Source: a virus
Taxonomy: Duplodnaviria > Caudoviricetes
Virus record (IMG/VR): IMGVR_UViG_3300034128_000016
Span: 1 to 35,653 of that record
DNA length: 35,653 nucleotides
Direction: 5' to 3' (one strand)
Of this stretch, positions 27,943-35,653 are shown in pieces (position 1 is the first letter of the stretch; the number at the start of each line of letters is the position of its first letter). A model generated the notes under the pieces. That model had not been told where the DNA came from and ran no database searches. It saw nothing but the letters and a program-made list of their open reading frames with translations. The position numbers and the translations under genes were made by a program.

Positions 27943-30602
27943 TCGACATTAGAGACGTAGCCGGTAACCTGATTGTCTCAGTACCAGTGACCGAAGGCTC
28001 AGAGCATGTGTCGGAGCTGATGGTATCTGATTACGTCTTGATATCCTATATATCCCTCACAGGAGCGACTCTGCCAGCTGGGGCTTATGTGATATTTAAC
28101 GAGCAGACATATAGGCTACTGAAGCCTTATATGCCGGTTAGGGTAAATGAGGTTGAATACAAGTACGAGCCTCAGTTCCATTCAAAAGTCATGTCATGGA
28201 CCGTCAGGCCTTTTTTCTTTCTTCAGGAGACAGAGGGCGTTGTGACCGGGAGAGAATCGGACTGGACCCTCACTGACAACCTTCCGAACTTGCTTACAGC
28301 GATTGTCCGGGGCCTGCTGGATGAATTTGAAGATACTTATACCTATGCTTATGACGCCGGGCTTACCGGAACAAAGTCACTCAGTTTTCAGGCTACCAGC
28401 ATCTTTGATGCACTGAACGAAATTGCCGGAGCATGGGAAACAGAATGGTATCTCAATGGTACGGTCATCACTTTTGGCAAGTGCGCTCATGGTGAACCGG
28501 TCACTTTGACTGTAGGAACAGAGGTCAGCATCCCGGACCAGACGCCGACAAATGATGGTTACTACACTCGCTTTTATGCCTTTGGCTCTACCAGAAACAT
28601 CGACCAGGATTATGACTCCGGGTCAACAACAAATCACGTCGTTCAAAAGAGACTGGCACTGCCGGCAGTCAGCTGTCCGCTGGGATTCAAAGACAGCGAG
28701 GCCGGGCTACCACAGGAGCAGATATTCACAAAGGTCCTGATCTTTGATGACATCTACCCGTCCTCAAACTTGGCTATTTCAGCAGTCCGGGCCGTCTTAA
28801 AATTCGCTTATGACGGAGACGGGAACAAGATACAGATTGGCGTTGATGAGAACCTGTTACCTATTTATGAGAGGTATTCAGTATTCTTTTTTAAGATAGC
28901 TGGCTTCAACTTCACTGAGGAAATGATTGTCGCAGGGAAAACTCTGTCAGTTCATTTTGAGTCAGGGAACCTGATGGGCCGGGAGTTCGAGCTGGGCTAT
29001 ATCAGCGCAACTACTGAATACGAGATCATTTTTGATGAAAGCACCGGGATAATTATTCCCAACGAAGTGATTATCCCTTCAGACGGGGACGGAGTAATCC
29101 TGTTCAATATCCTCATGCCACAGGCTTATGTTGATGCAGCAGAGGCTACACTGGAGGCCGCTGTAGATACGGAGATCGCTCTGCAGGGTGAAGACATGAA
29201 CACATATCGGGTCAACTCTTTCCCAGTAAAATTTACGCAGTTGGGGATATCGCTGGCTGTCGGAAGCAATGTCATATTCGTCAATGGATTAAACACCCTC
29301 TCCACAAGGGTATTGTCCATAACTGAAAAACTGGACTTCCCGGCAGAAAAGACGATCCAGATCGGAGAGAAAAAGACTAACCGAACCACCCAGCAGCTCA
29401 AAGAAGCGGTCACGAATATCAACAAGAACGTGGACGTTATTGCCACCCTGAATGACCTCAGTGTTAGTATTCAGAACGCATACGGCAGGACTCAGAAGCA
29501 GATCGCAGAAGCACTGGCCCAGTGGAACTACATGTGGTACTTTGATAAGAGTGCCGATACCACCCCGGATCAAATAGACTTTTCTGTCTGGAAAGTGCGA
29601 TCCAACTTCGACCTCTTTATCAATGGAGAGATCCAGGCAACCGAGGAGATCACTGCATGGATCGCCGGGGCCGTTCAGGAGGATGTTCTGGAGTACCTAA
29701 CAGCTACCCTACCGCTTCGCAAGGACACCCCTTCAAACGTTCGCTTGGATTATGACACTGATCAGTTTGAACTTGTCGCCGGGGTATTGACTATTCAGGA
29801 TGGTCTTATGACACCAGCTGCACACAGTCATGTCATTGCTGATGTCACCGGCCTTCAGACGGACCTGAATAACAAGCTGGCCACATCACTGAAGGGAGCC
29901 GTATCAGGTCTGGCTGAGCTGGACGCTACTGGGAAAGTGCCAGCGGCCCAACTGCCGGCTTCAGGGTCCTCTTTAGAGCTAGGAGAAACATCCGTCACAG
30001 CTTACCAGGGAGACAGGGGTAAGACGGCTTATGACCACTCGCTTTTGATCGGGAGCAATCCGCACCAGTCAACTTTCGCCCAACTGTTAAGCAAACCGAC
30101 AACATTGGCAGGATATGGGATAACAGACGCACAGGCTTCAGACGCTGATTTGACTTCCATAGCTGCACTGGTAGGAACGTCTGGGCTGCTCAAAAAGACA
30201 GCTGCAAATACATGGGCGCTGGACCTGAATGCGTATATAACAGGGATAACCAAAGCGATGATTGAGGCCCAGCTGACTGGACTGATATCCTCGCACACCC
30301 ATGATTATGCGACGCTAAATGCCACATTAAACACAAAGACCAGTACATATACCCTAGTTGCCGCTGACAACAATAAGATTTTGGAATGCAACGGAACCTT
30401 TACAGTGACTTTGCCGGCCTACATGGCAACTGGTTTTCAGGTGACGATTGTGAACGTGGGAACCGGCGTCATTACCATTTCAGCAACTGCTACACTTTTC
30501 AGCAAGAACAGCAATAGGAAACTGGCCTCTCAGTGGATCGGCGCAACAGCCTACCACCGGGGGGGCGATTATTGGGTGCTAATGGGAGATTTGACAGCAT
30601 GA
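27939..30602 (+). CDS. Tail tip/hub protein fused to tail-fibre repeats
   Basis: N-terminal hub (IFDALNEIAGAWETEW, TRFYAFGSTRNI, FDDIYP); C-terminal fibre motifs HSHVIADVTGLQ, GLAELDATGKVP, KPTTLAGYGITDA. Confidence 0.85.
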   Translation: MIDIRDVAGNLIVSVPVTEGSEHVSELMVSDYVLISYISLTGATLPAGAYVIFNEQTYRLLKPYMPVRVNEVEYKYEPQFHSKVMSWTVRPFFFLQETEGVVTGRESDWTLTDNLPNLLTAIVRGLLDEFEDTYTYAYDAGLTGTKSLSFQATSIFDALNEIAGAWETEWYLNGTVITFGKCAHGEPVTLTVGTEVSIPDQTPTNDGYYTRFYAFGSTRNIDQDYDSGSTTNHVVQKRLALPAVSCPLGFKDSEAGLPQEQIFTKVLIFDDIYPSSNLAISAVRAVLKFAYDGDGNKIQIGVDENLLPIYERYSVFFFKIAGFNFTEEMIVAGKTLSVHFESGNLMGREFELGYISATTEYEIIFDESTGIIIPNEVIIPSDGDGVILFNILMPQAYVDAAEATLEAAVDTEIALQGEDMNTYRVNSFPVKFTQLGISLAVGSNVIFVNGLNTLSTRVLSITEKLDFPAEKTIQIGEKKTNRTTQQLKEAVTNINKNVDVIATLNDLSVSIQNAYGRTQKQIAEALAQWNYMWYFDKSADTTPDQIDFSVWKVRSNFDLFINGEIQATEEITAWIAGAVQEDVLEYLTATLPLRKDTPSNVRLDYDTDQFELVAGVLTIQDGLMTPAAHSHVIADVTGLQTDLNNKLATSLKGAVSGLAELDATGKVPAAQLPASGSSLELGETSVTAYQGDRGKTAYDHSLLIGSNPHQSTFAQLLSKPTTLAGYGITDAQASDADLTSIAALVGTSGLLKKTAANTWALDLNAYITGITKAMIEAQLTGLISSHTHDYATLNATLNTKTSTYTLVAADNNKILECNGTFTVTLPAYMATGFQVTIVNVGTGVITISATATLFSKNSNRKLASQWIGATAYHRGGDYWVLMGDLTA

Positions 30603-30955
30603 TACCAACTACTCATGGCATATTACAACAGAAGCAAGTTGCAGCGGCGCTAATTGAGATTAGTCTTACCACCCTGTATCTGAATTTTCAGAGTTATAAC
30701 TACACTCCGTATTGCAACATAAACGTCACCCCAGATACAATCGTAAACACAATCACAAAGATCAATACCGGGCAGGGAACTTCATGGGCATATATAAGCC
30801 CGGCAAGTGCGACCGGAGATCGCACGTTCAGGGCAATGGCATACGAAACTAATTACAACAGCTATAATAGAAGCATGATCCTGAGGATAACCGATAATGC
30901 AGGGGTAGCACCTTCGGTTGACATCACCCTGACGCAAGGTAAATATGGAACATGA
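30599..30955 (+). CDS. BACON-like (Ig-like) domain virion protein
   Basis: ATGA overlap with the upstream stop; WAYISPASATGD...N....RSMILRIT......ITLTQ follows the BACON W/N/R/Q pattern. Confidence 0.7.
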   Translation: MIPTTHGILQQKQVAAALIEISLTTLYLNFQSYNYTPYCNINVTPDTIVNTITKINTGQGTSWAYISPASATGDRTFRAMAYETNYNSYNRSMILRITDNAGVAPSVDITLTQGKYGT

Positions 30956-31947
30956 TAAATGAAAAATACATGGGCAAGATAATATCAAAATACCGAGGCT
31001 ACACAGCTGAGCAGATAAAGGCAAGGGCAGATATTCCCCGTCAATCGGACATGGTTGTTACCGGGGACTATGTTAGTTGCACCCGACTGGGCATAAGCTT
31101 CACCCGTAAAGTCATCTATGGAGCAGCATCAAAGGTCAAGGCGCTGGTCGGATGCAGCAACATAAACGTGTGGTCTGGCTTCGGTCCTACTGCAAGGACT
31201 GCCGTGGATCACGAACTGGTCAACTCAGTACCAGAGGCCGGCAGCTTGGGTTCATTTGCCGGATACAATAAGGACGCCACTCCACCCGGATGGATTGCCC
31301 CACCAGCAGCGGAGGACATTTTTGTTGCATCGGGTGGCAGCGTAACATTTGAGGTCTCTCTTATCATGGGAGAAGTAAACTGGTCTGATATGGGCGTTAT
31401 AGCCGTTATGCTTGCCGTTTATGCCGGGACTACTCTGGTAGGTTATGAAGCAGTTAATCTGGAAGATGATGAGGTTGGCAACGAGTTGTGGATATCGGTC
31501 ACGCTCCCGAACCAGACCATTCAGAGAGAATACACCGCAAGAGTCTGGCTAGTCGATCATTTGATTGACTTTACTGACAGTGACATTGTTTGCCGGTTGC
31601 CGAACACTACTGACTTTGCTAAGACAGTAAAAATACTCGCAGCCACAACAGTTGTTTTTGATGCCCCAGAGGGCTTTACGGCAGAGGTCGGGTTTAACAA
31701 CTACCCCAATAATGGAACAGTGTTCTATAACAACCTTGAAGGGCTGGCTACATGGGACGAAGTCCGGGTATATGCAAGTATCTGGGGTTATAGGGAAGGC
31801 GCTATTGGAAGCGAGATTCTGATAGACACATTTGCCCCTTGGCATCACGATGACTTTGCAAGCGGAGCTGGACAGCCAAATGGAGATTACTTCATCGCAT
31901 CCTCTGGATATATCTGCACAATAAGAGTCGAAGCGATCAATACTTAA
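30952..31947 (+). CDS. Putative tail/receptor-binding structural protein
   Basis: 331 aa, beta-rich, NINVWS...LGSFAGYNKDA; at the end of the tail module. Confidence 0.6.
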   Translation: MINEKYMGKIISKYRGYTAEQIKARADIPRQSDMVVTGDYVSCTRLGISFTRKVIYGAASKVKALVGCSNINVWSGFGPTARTAVDHELVNSVPEAGSLGSFAGYNKDATPPGWIAPPAAEDIFVASGGSVTFEVSLIMGEVNWSDMGVIAVMLAVYAGTTLVGYEAVNLEDDEVGNELWISVTLPNQTIQREYTARVWLVDHLIDFTDSDIVCRLPNTTDFAKTVKILAATTVVFDAPEGFTAEVGFNNYPNNGTVFYNNLEGLATWDEVRVYASIWGYREGAIGSEILIDTFAPWHHDDFASGAGQPNGDYFIASSGYICTIRVEAINT

Positions 31948-31954
31948 TAAAGAA

Positions 31955-32440
31955 ATGATACCCAAAATGAAAGAGAAAACACCAATTACCTCACTGCTCA
32001 CTCAGTACGCTGGGCCGGCAAAAATTATAATCACGATTTTGATCACAATTGTGACCACCGTCTGGGGAGTTGCCATTTACTATTCCAAAGCAGAATCCAA
32101 GAAGGCAGCAGACTCTGCAATGGTCGTTGAGACTCATGTCGTGGTGATGCAGGTGAAGCACCAGCTTGACAGTATGCTTATCTGGATGCGAGACTTTGAT
32201 GGGCAGTTGAATGCCGTCCATGACAATACGGTACTCATAGGCAATTATGTGGAATCCGTTCATGCCGGTATTAAAGAGGACTTGCGGACCAGAAAAGATG
32301 CAGAATTCCAGCACTATGTCAAAATAACTTCCATCATAGAGGAGGGATTAAAAAAAAAAGCGCAGCTGGACTCCATTGAGTCCGCCCAGATACTAGACAG
32401 TCTGATATTCACAATCAAAGTAACGAAAGTCTCAAAATGA
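31955..32440 (+). CDS. Single-TM coiled-coil membrane protein (lysis-associated, putative)
   Basis: Hydrophobic IIITILITIVTTVWGVAIYY followed by a helical region. Confidence 0.65.
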   Translation: MIPKMKEKTPITSLLTQYAGPAKIIITILITIVTTVWGVAIYYSKAESKKAADSAMVVETHVVVMQVKHQLDSMLIWMRDFDGQLNAVHDNTVLIGNYVESVHAGIKEDLRTRKDAEFQHYVKITSIIEEGLKKKAQLDSIESAQILDSLIFTIKVTKVSK

Positions 32441-33069
32441 AAATGCTAGACATTTTGCTCTCATCCATGTCGGTAGTCATACTCGGTTTTATGACCTACT
32501 TCACCTACATGTTTCTCCGGGGAAAGATTGAGGCGGTAGGAAAAAAATCCGTGTCATTGGGAGATGAAGCCCGGTACAATAAGATGCTAGATGAGATCAT
32601 GTTTACCCTTAACGCCAAGCTACATGCGTCCAATGTCTTTGTAGCTCGGTTCCACAATAACGGACACTGGAACAATGGTCGTGGGATGAAGAAATTTACA
32701 ATCATGCTGGAGAAACCTTCTGCAGCCAGTCCCTCTATTCAGCAGGAGTTTAAAGACATACTTTGCTCCAGGTACCCGGAGGCAATGGACTTCCTGTTAT
32801 TCTTCCATACCTACCATCAGGCTGACCTTTCAATGTGCAAGGACCCGAATGTGAAGCGTGACTTCCTTACTAAGTACGGATACAACTCGCTTTATTTCTT
32901 CCTTATACGGCAAGCAAACGGAGACCATTCCGCAGAGGCGTTCATTGGTATCTTATACAAGGACCCTCATGTAATGAATCGTGAGCATAATGATCTGGTA
33001 AAGTCAAAGCTGTTCGACATTCTGGGCTTGCTAAATATGGTAGAGCCGAAGATCTTATCCAAAGAATAA
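32437..33069 (+). CDS. Holin-like protein: N-terminal TM plus GAF-like soluble domain (T4 gpT-like architecture)
   Basis: One TM, then LHASNVFVARFHNNG...F...E...YGYNSLYFFLI...FIGILY; upstream of the endolysin. Confidence 0.55.
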   Translation: MKMLDILLSSMSVVILGFMTYFTYMFLRGKIEAVGKKSVSLGDEARYNKMLDEIMFTLNAKLHASNVFVARFHNNGHWNNGRGMKKFTIMLEKPSAASPSIQQEFKDILCSRYPEAMDFLLFFHTYHQADLSMCKDPNVKRDFLTKYGYNSLYFFLIRQANGDHSAEAFIGILYKDPHVMNREHNDLVKSKLFDILGLLNMVEPKILSKE

Positions 33070-33081
33070 CATTCAAAGCAA

Positions 33082-33348
33082 ATGGGGACAATTGAAAGGG
33101 TCAAAAATTGGAAAACGACAGCCCTGGGCCTGATAGTTCTAGCCCTTGGTGTCTGGCGGTACGTTGCTCAGACTATCGACACCCCGGCCTTCATCTCACT
33201 GATGCTACTGGCTTACACTTTTATTCTGGCAAAGAATAGCCTCTTGGAAGGCATCACAATGGGATACTATAAGATTAGGGAAGCGGCAAACCACCAACAC
33301 GAACCGGAAGCTCCGGGAGAGACAAAACCAACAAATGAGGAGTATTGA
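33082..33348 (+). CDS. Holin (two TM segments)
   Basis: KNWKTTALGLIVLALGVW plus a second hydrophobic helix and a charged tail; immediately before the amidase. Confidence 0.7.
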   Translation: MGTIERVKNWKTTALGLIVLALGVWRYVAQTIDTPAFISLMLLAYTFILAKNSLLEGITMGYYKIREAANHQHEPEAPGETKPTNEEY

Positions 33349-33349
33349 C

Positions 33350-33931
33350 ATGAGGAAACTGAAATACTATGTTATTCATTGCGCTGACACGCCTCCGAAT
33401 ATGGAGGTGACCAAAGGCATGCTTGAGCAGTGGCACATGGGTCCCTGCGATCTTGTTGACGGCAGTGTGAAATATAAGGGGAAATCCTACGGGTCCCGGA
33501 AAGCGCTACCGAACGAGTCCATTGACGGGAAGTCCATTGCTGAGATGAAAGGCCGGGGCTGGGATCGACTGGGGTATTCGGAAATGATCCACCGAAATGG
33601 GAACTGGGAGCTGCTGACTCCCTACAATGACGACGCCTTTGTTGAATCTGATGAGATGACGTGGGGTGTTGCTGGCTTTAATGCCGTCAGCCGTCATGTC
33701 ATGTTGGCTGGAGGCAAGGGGAGTCTTCCCCGATTCTCCGATCATTACACCGACAAGATGGAGGCGACCTTGCTTCAGAGCATAAAGCGCACAATTCTTC
33801 GTCACCCTGACATCATAGTGGTAGGACATAACCAGATGGCTGCAAAGAACTGTCCCAGCTTCAATGTGTACGACTGGCTTTACAGCCACCGGATGCAGAA
33901 CTTTGGAACCTCCGAAATAAAGAAAGGATGA
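33350..33931 (+). CDS. Endolysin, N-acetylmuramoyl-L-alanine amidase (Amidase_2, T7 lysozyme-like)
   Basis: YVIHCADT, RGWDRLGY, VVGHNQMAAKNCPSFNV (Zn ligands H, H, C); alternative ATG at 33335. Confidence 0.92.
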   Translation: MRKLKYYVIHCADTPPNMEVTKGMLEQWHMGPCDLVDGSVKYKGKSYGSRKALPNESIDGKSIAEMKGRGWDRLGYSEMIHRNGNWELLTPYNDDAFVESDEMTWGVAGFNAVSRHVMLAGGKGSLPRFSDHYTDKMEATLLQSIKRTILRHPDIIVVGHNQMAAKNCPSFNVYDWLYSHRMQNFGTSEIKKG

Positions 33932-34149
33932 TGAAAGTTCTGAGATGTAAGTGTGGGGCAAAAGCGGTCTTTTTGGAGGGGGATAACTTTGAATGTATGG
34001 GTTGTGATATTTGCATGACCACGTTTGCCTCAGACGGAGAATACAGGCTGCTAAAACCTCACAAATGGTCAATAGTCTTTGACGACCAAAGTGGGACAAT
34101 TTACCTGCGCTGCCCCGTCTGCCTCATGGAAGACAAACTTGGGATCTGA
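33928..34149 (+). CDS. Small Cys-rich (zinc-finger-like) protein
   Basis: CKCG, CMGCDIC, H...CPVC; ATGA overlap with the amidase stop. Confidence 0.65.
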   Translation: MMKVLRCKCGAKAVFLEGDNFECMGCDICMTTFASDGEYRLLKPHKWSIVFDDQSGTIYLRCPVCLMEDKLGI

Positions 34150-34160
34150 AAATAAAAGCT

Positions 34161-34802
34161 ATGATATTGAAATTGAAACAGTATATATATATAGGAATAG
34201 CCTTCTTGATCTTCGGTCTGGCGGTCTGGGGCAATGAAATGAGACGGGCCTATTTGAGAGAACGGGCGAAAAGCGAACGGCTGGCCAATAATCAGAAGCA
34301 GCTGTTATTGGAAGTCAATAATTATATGCGACTTACCCTGACACAAAGGGAGATGTTGGCAAGCATAACAATTGAGCAGGACAGCCTGATTAGACTTCTG
34401 AAGATCAAGCCAAAGCAGATTGAGCGCATAGTCCAGAGGGTCCACATCAAAATTGACACAACGGGGAAGGCTCAGCTTTTGGCTTCAAATGACAGCTTAT
34501 ATAAGGTGATCCGGGAGGGACTTGACAGGTCCTATCCGTTTTTTGATCATGAAGGATGCTTTACATTTGCCGGGAAAGTATTGATCGGTGACGGCTTGAC
34601 TCTGGAAGTCACCCGGAGAGAATACAAAAATAGGTCAACAGAGATTGCATATATTGAACGTGAAAAGAAATTCCTGTTCATTCATTATGGGAAATGGCAG
34701 GGTAAACTGTTTGTCAGTAACGAGTGTGGGGAGGATATAGTAAAAGAAGTTGACGTGATAAAAAAAGACCGCACGAAAAACATGCGGTCTTTGGACCTTT
34801 GA
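34161..34802 (+). CDS. Spanin-like membrane-anchored protein (DUF6549-like)
   Basis: N-terminal TM, coiled coil ERLANNQKQLL, LKIKPKQIE, C-terminal KKFLFIHYG; last gene of the lysis cassette. Confidence 0.6.
   Translation: MILKLKQYIYIGIAFLIFGLAVWGNEMRRAYLRERAKSERLANNQKQLLLEVNNYMRLTLTQREMLASITIEQDSLIRLLKIKPKQIERIVQRVHIKIDTTGKAQLLASNDSLYKVIREGLDRSYPFFDHEGCFTFAGKVLIGDGLTLEVTRREYKNRSTEIAYIEREKKFLFIHYGKWQGKLFVSNECGEDIVKEVDVIKKDRTKNMRSLDL
34760..34792 (-). terminator. Intrinsic terminator for the tRNA transcript, embedded in the 3' end of the spanin-like ORF
   Basis: The minus strand reads AAAGACCGCATG-ttttt-CGTGCGGTC-TTTTTTT and is fully paired (one G-U) only on that strand. Confidence 0.75.
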
Positions 34803-34803
34803 A

Positions 34804-34832
34804 GTCCCTCTTTTGTCCCTAATTTGGTCCCC
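34804..34832. repeat. Three short direct repeats, candidate integrase arm-type sites
   Basis: GTCCCT (34804), GTCCCT (34815), GTCCCC (34827); 11-12 bp period, within 65 bp of the tRNA 3' end. Confidence 0.5.
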
Positions 34833-34867
34833 GGTCTTCGTAACAACCAGTAGATCAATAGGTGTTG

Positions 34868-34941
34868 TGGAGATTAAGGGAGTCGAACCCTTGACCCCCT
34901 GCGTGCAAGGCAGGTGCTCTGACCAACTGAGCTAAATCCCC
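34868..34941 (-). tRNA. tRNA-Ala(UGC); probable prophage attachment site
   Basis: GGGGATTTAGCTCAGTTGGTCAGAGCACCTGCCTTGCACGCAGGGGGTCAAGGGTTCGACTCCCTTAATCTCCA; G3:U70 pair, anticodon TGC, CCA not encoded. Confidence 0.97.
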
Positions 34942-34946
34942 TTACG

Positions 34947-35020
34947 TAGTCCCACCCAGAGTTGAACTGGGGACCTCTACATTATCAGTGTAGCGCTCTA
35001 ACCAACTGAGCTATGGGACT
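34947..35020 (-). tRNA. tRNA-Ile(GAU)
   Basis: AGTCCCATAGCTCAGTTGGTTAGAGCGCTACACTGATAATGTAGAGGTCCCCAGTTCAACTCTGGGTGGGACTA; anticodon GAT. Confidence 0.97.
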
Positions 35021-35070
35021 GATAAGCGCACACTATAAAGAACACCCCGGTTTTCAACCATTTGGGGTGA

Positions 35071-35101
35071 CAAAAGTAACGCTTCCTCACAAACATCCAA
35101 A
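35071..35101 (-). promoter_or_regulatory. Bacteroidota sigma-A promoter for the tRNA pair
   Basis: Minus strand TTTG (35101-35098), N19, TACTTTTG (35078-35071): an exact consensus match. Confidence 0.8.
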
Positions 35102-35249
35102 ATATTTTCAAAAATTTTTTAAATAACAACAAGATAAAAAGTCACCGGCAGCGATCCGGAGATCAAAACAGGGGTGTAATGAGAGGTTATGGTCAAAATG
35201 ACGGGACAGACTAAGAAAATTAGTTAAATTCGCACGGTGAGCTGACCCT

Positions 35250-35653
35250 ATGTCAAACCTGGTACTGATACCAACATACAACGAGGCGGAAAACATCCAC
35301 GGGCTGGTCCATGCCATCTCCGGACTCAGCGTCCCGTTTGACATACTCATCATTGACGATAACTCACCCGACGGAACCGGCACCATTGCGAAAGACCTGA
35401 TGCGTATATACCCCAACCTGCAACTCCTTGAGAGACCCGAAAAGGCAGGCCTGGGGAGAGCATACATAGCGGGATTCGACTGGGCGCTGCAGAGAGATTA
35501 CAGGTATATCTGTGAGATGGATGCCGACTTCTCCCATGACCCGGCAGACCTGATAAGACTTCATGCGGCATGCGACCGCGACGGCGCCGACCTTGCCATA
35601 GGCTCAAGATACATCTCCGGGGTTAACGTGGTCAACTGGCCTATGGGCCGGGT
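35250..35653 (+). CDS. Polyprenol monophosphomannose synthase (GT2, DPM1-like), host gene, runs off the window end
   Basis: Manual translation: MSNLVLIPTYNEAENI...IIDDNSPDGTG...KAGLGRAYIAGF...EMDADFSHDP...IGSRY. Confidence 0.93.
   Translation, partial: MSNLVLIPTYNEAENIHGLVHAISGLSVPFDILIIDDNSPDGTGTIAKDLMRIYPNLQLLERPEKAGLGRAYIAGFDWALQRDYRYICEMDADFSHDPADLIRLHAACDRDGADLAIGSRYISGVNVVNWPMGR

Larger units (their letters stand above)
1..34867 (+). mobile_element. Prophage (temperate siphovirus), right-hand part: packaging, head, tail and lysis modules; left end lies outside the window
   Basis: Co-oriented terS-terL-portal-MuF ... capsid-neck-tail tube-chaperone-tape measure-tail tip-holin-amidase gene order with no sheath gene. 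It ends 65 bp after the last lysis gene at the 3' end of a tRNA, and a host gene lies beyond. Confidence 0.95.

Noticed and set aside
30599-31947. Diversity-generating retroelement
   Set aside because: No reverse transcriptase and no TR/VR repeat pair visible in the window.
32350-32359. A10 homopolymer as a frameshift or phase-variation site
   Set aside because: Both alternative frames stop within about 12 codons, and the current frame ends neatly overlapping the next start.
97-35607. Minus-strand and nested ORFs in the supplied track (e.g. 3779-4270, 23858-24370, 33506-34099, 35108-35467)
   Set aside because: They are shadows of well-supported + strand genes and lack recognisable motifs.

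Overview
The window is the late (morphogenesis and lysis) half of a temperate siphovirus prophage in a Bacteroidota host, inferred from TTTG-N19-TAnnTTTG promoters, A-rich translation starts and a TonB-receptor/DUF4249 pair. On the + strand it runs: disrupted RuvC-like gene; two ParB-like paralogues, a ParB-methyltransferase fusion and a small protein with a clamp-binding-like motif; terS, terL, portal and MuF. A ~10 kb insert then splits the head module. It holds an AT-rich LytTR / lipoprotein / OMP / DUF4249 / TonB-receptor cassette and ten small genes ending in a JAB/RadC gene, behind two near-identical palindromic promoter modules. Scaffold, capsid, neck and tail genes follow (with a candidate -1 frameshift in the tail chaperone), then tail fibre/BACON genes and a lysis cassette. 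The prophage ends at the 3' end of a minus-strand tRNA-Ala(UGC) in a stand-alone tRNA-Ile/tRNA-Ala pair, followed by a host GT2 polyprenol-phosphate mannosyltransferase. All family assignments are by motif recognition and synteny; no database search was run.
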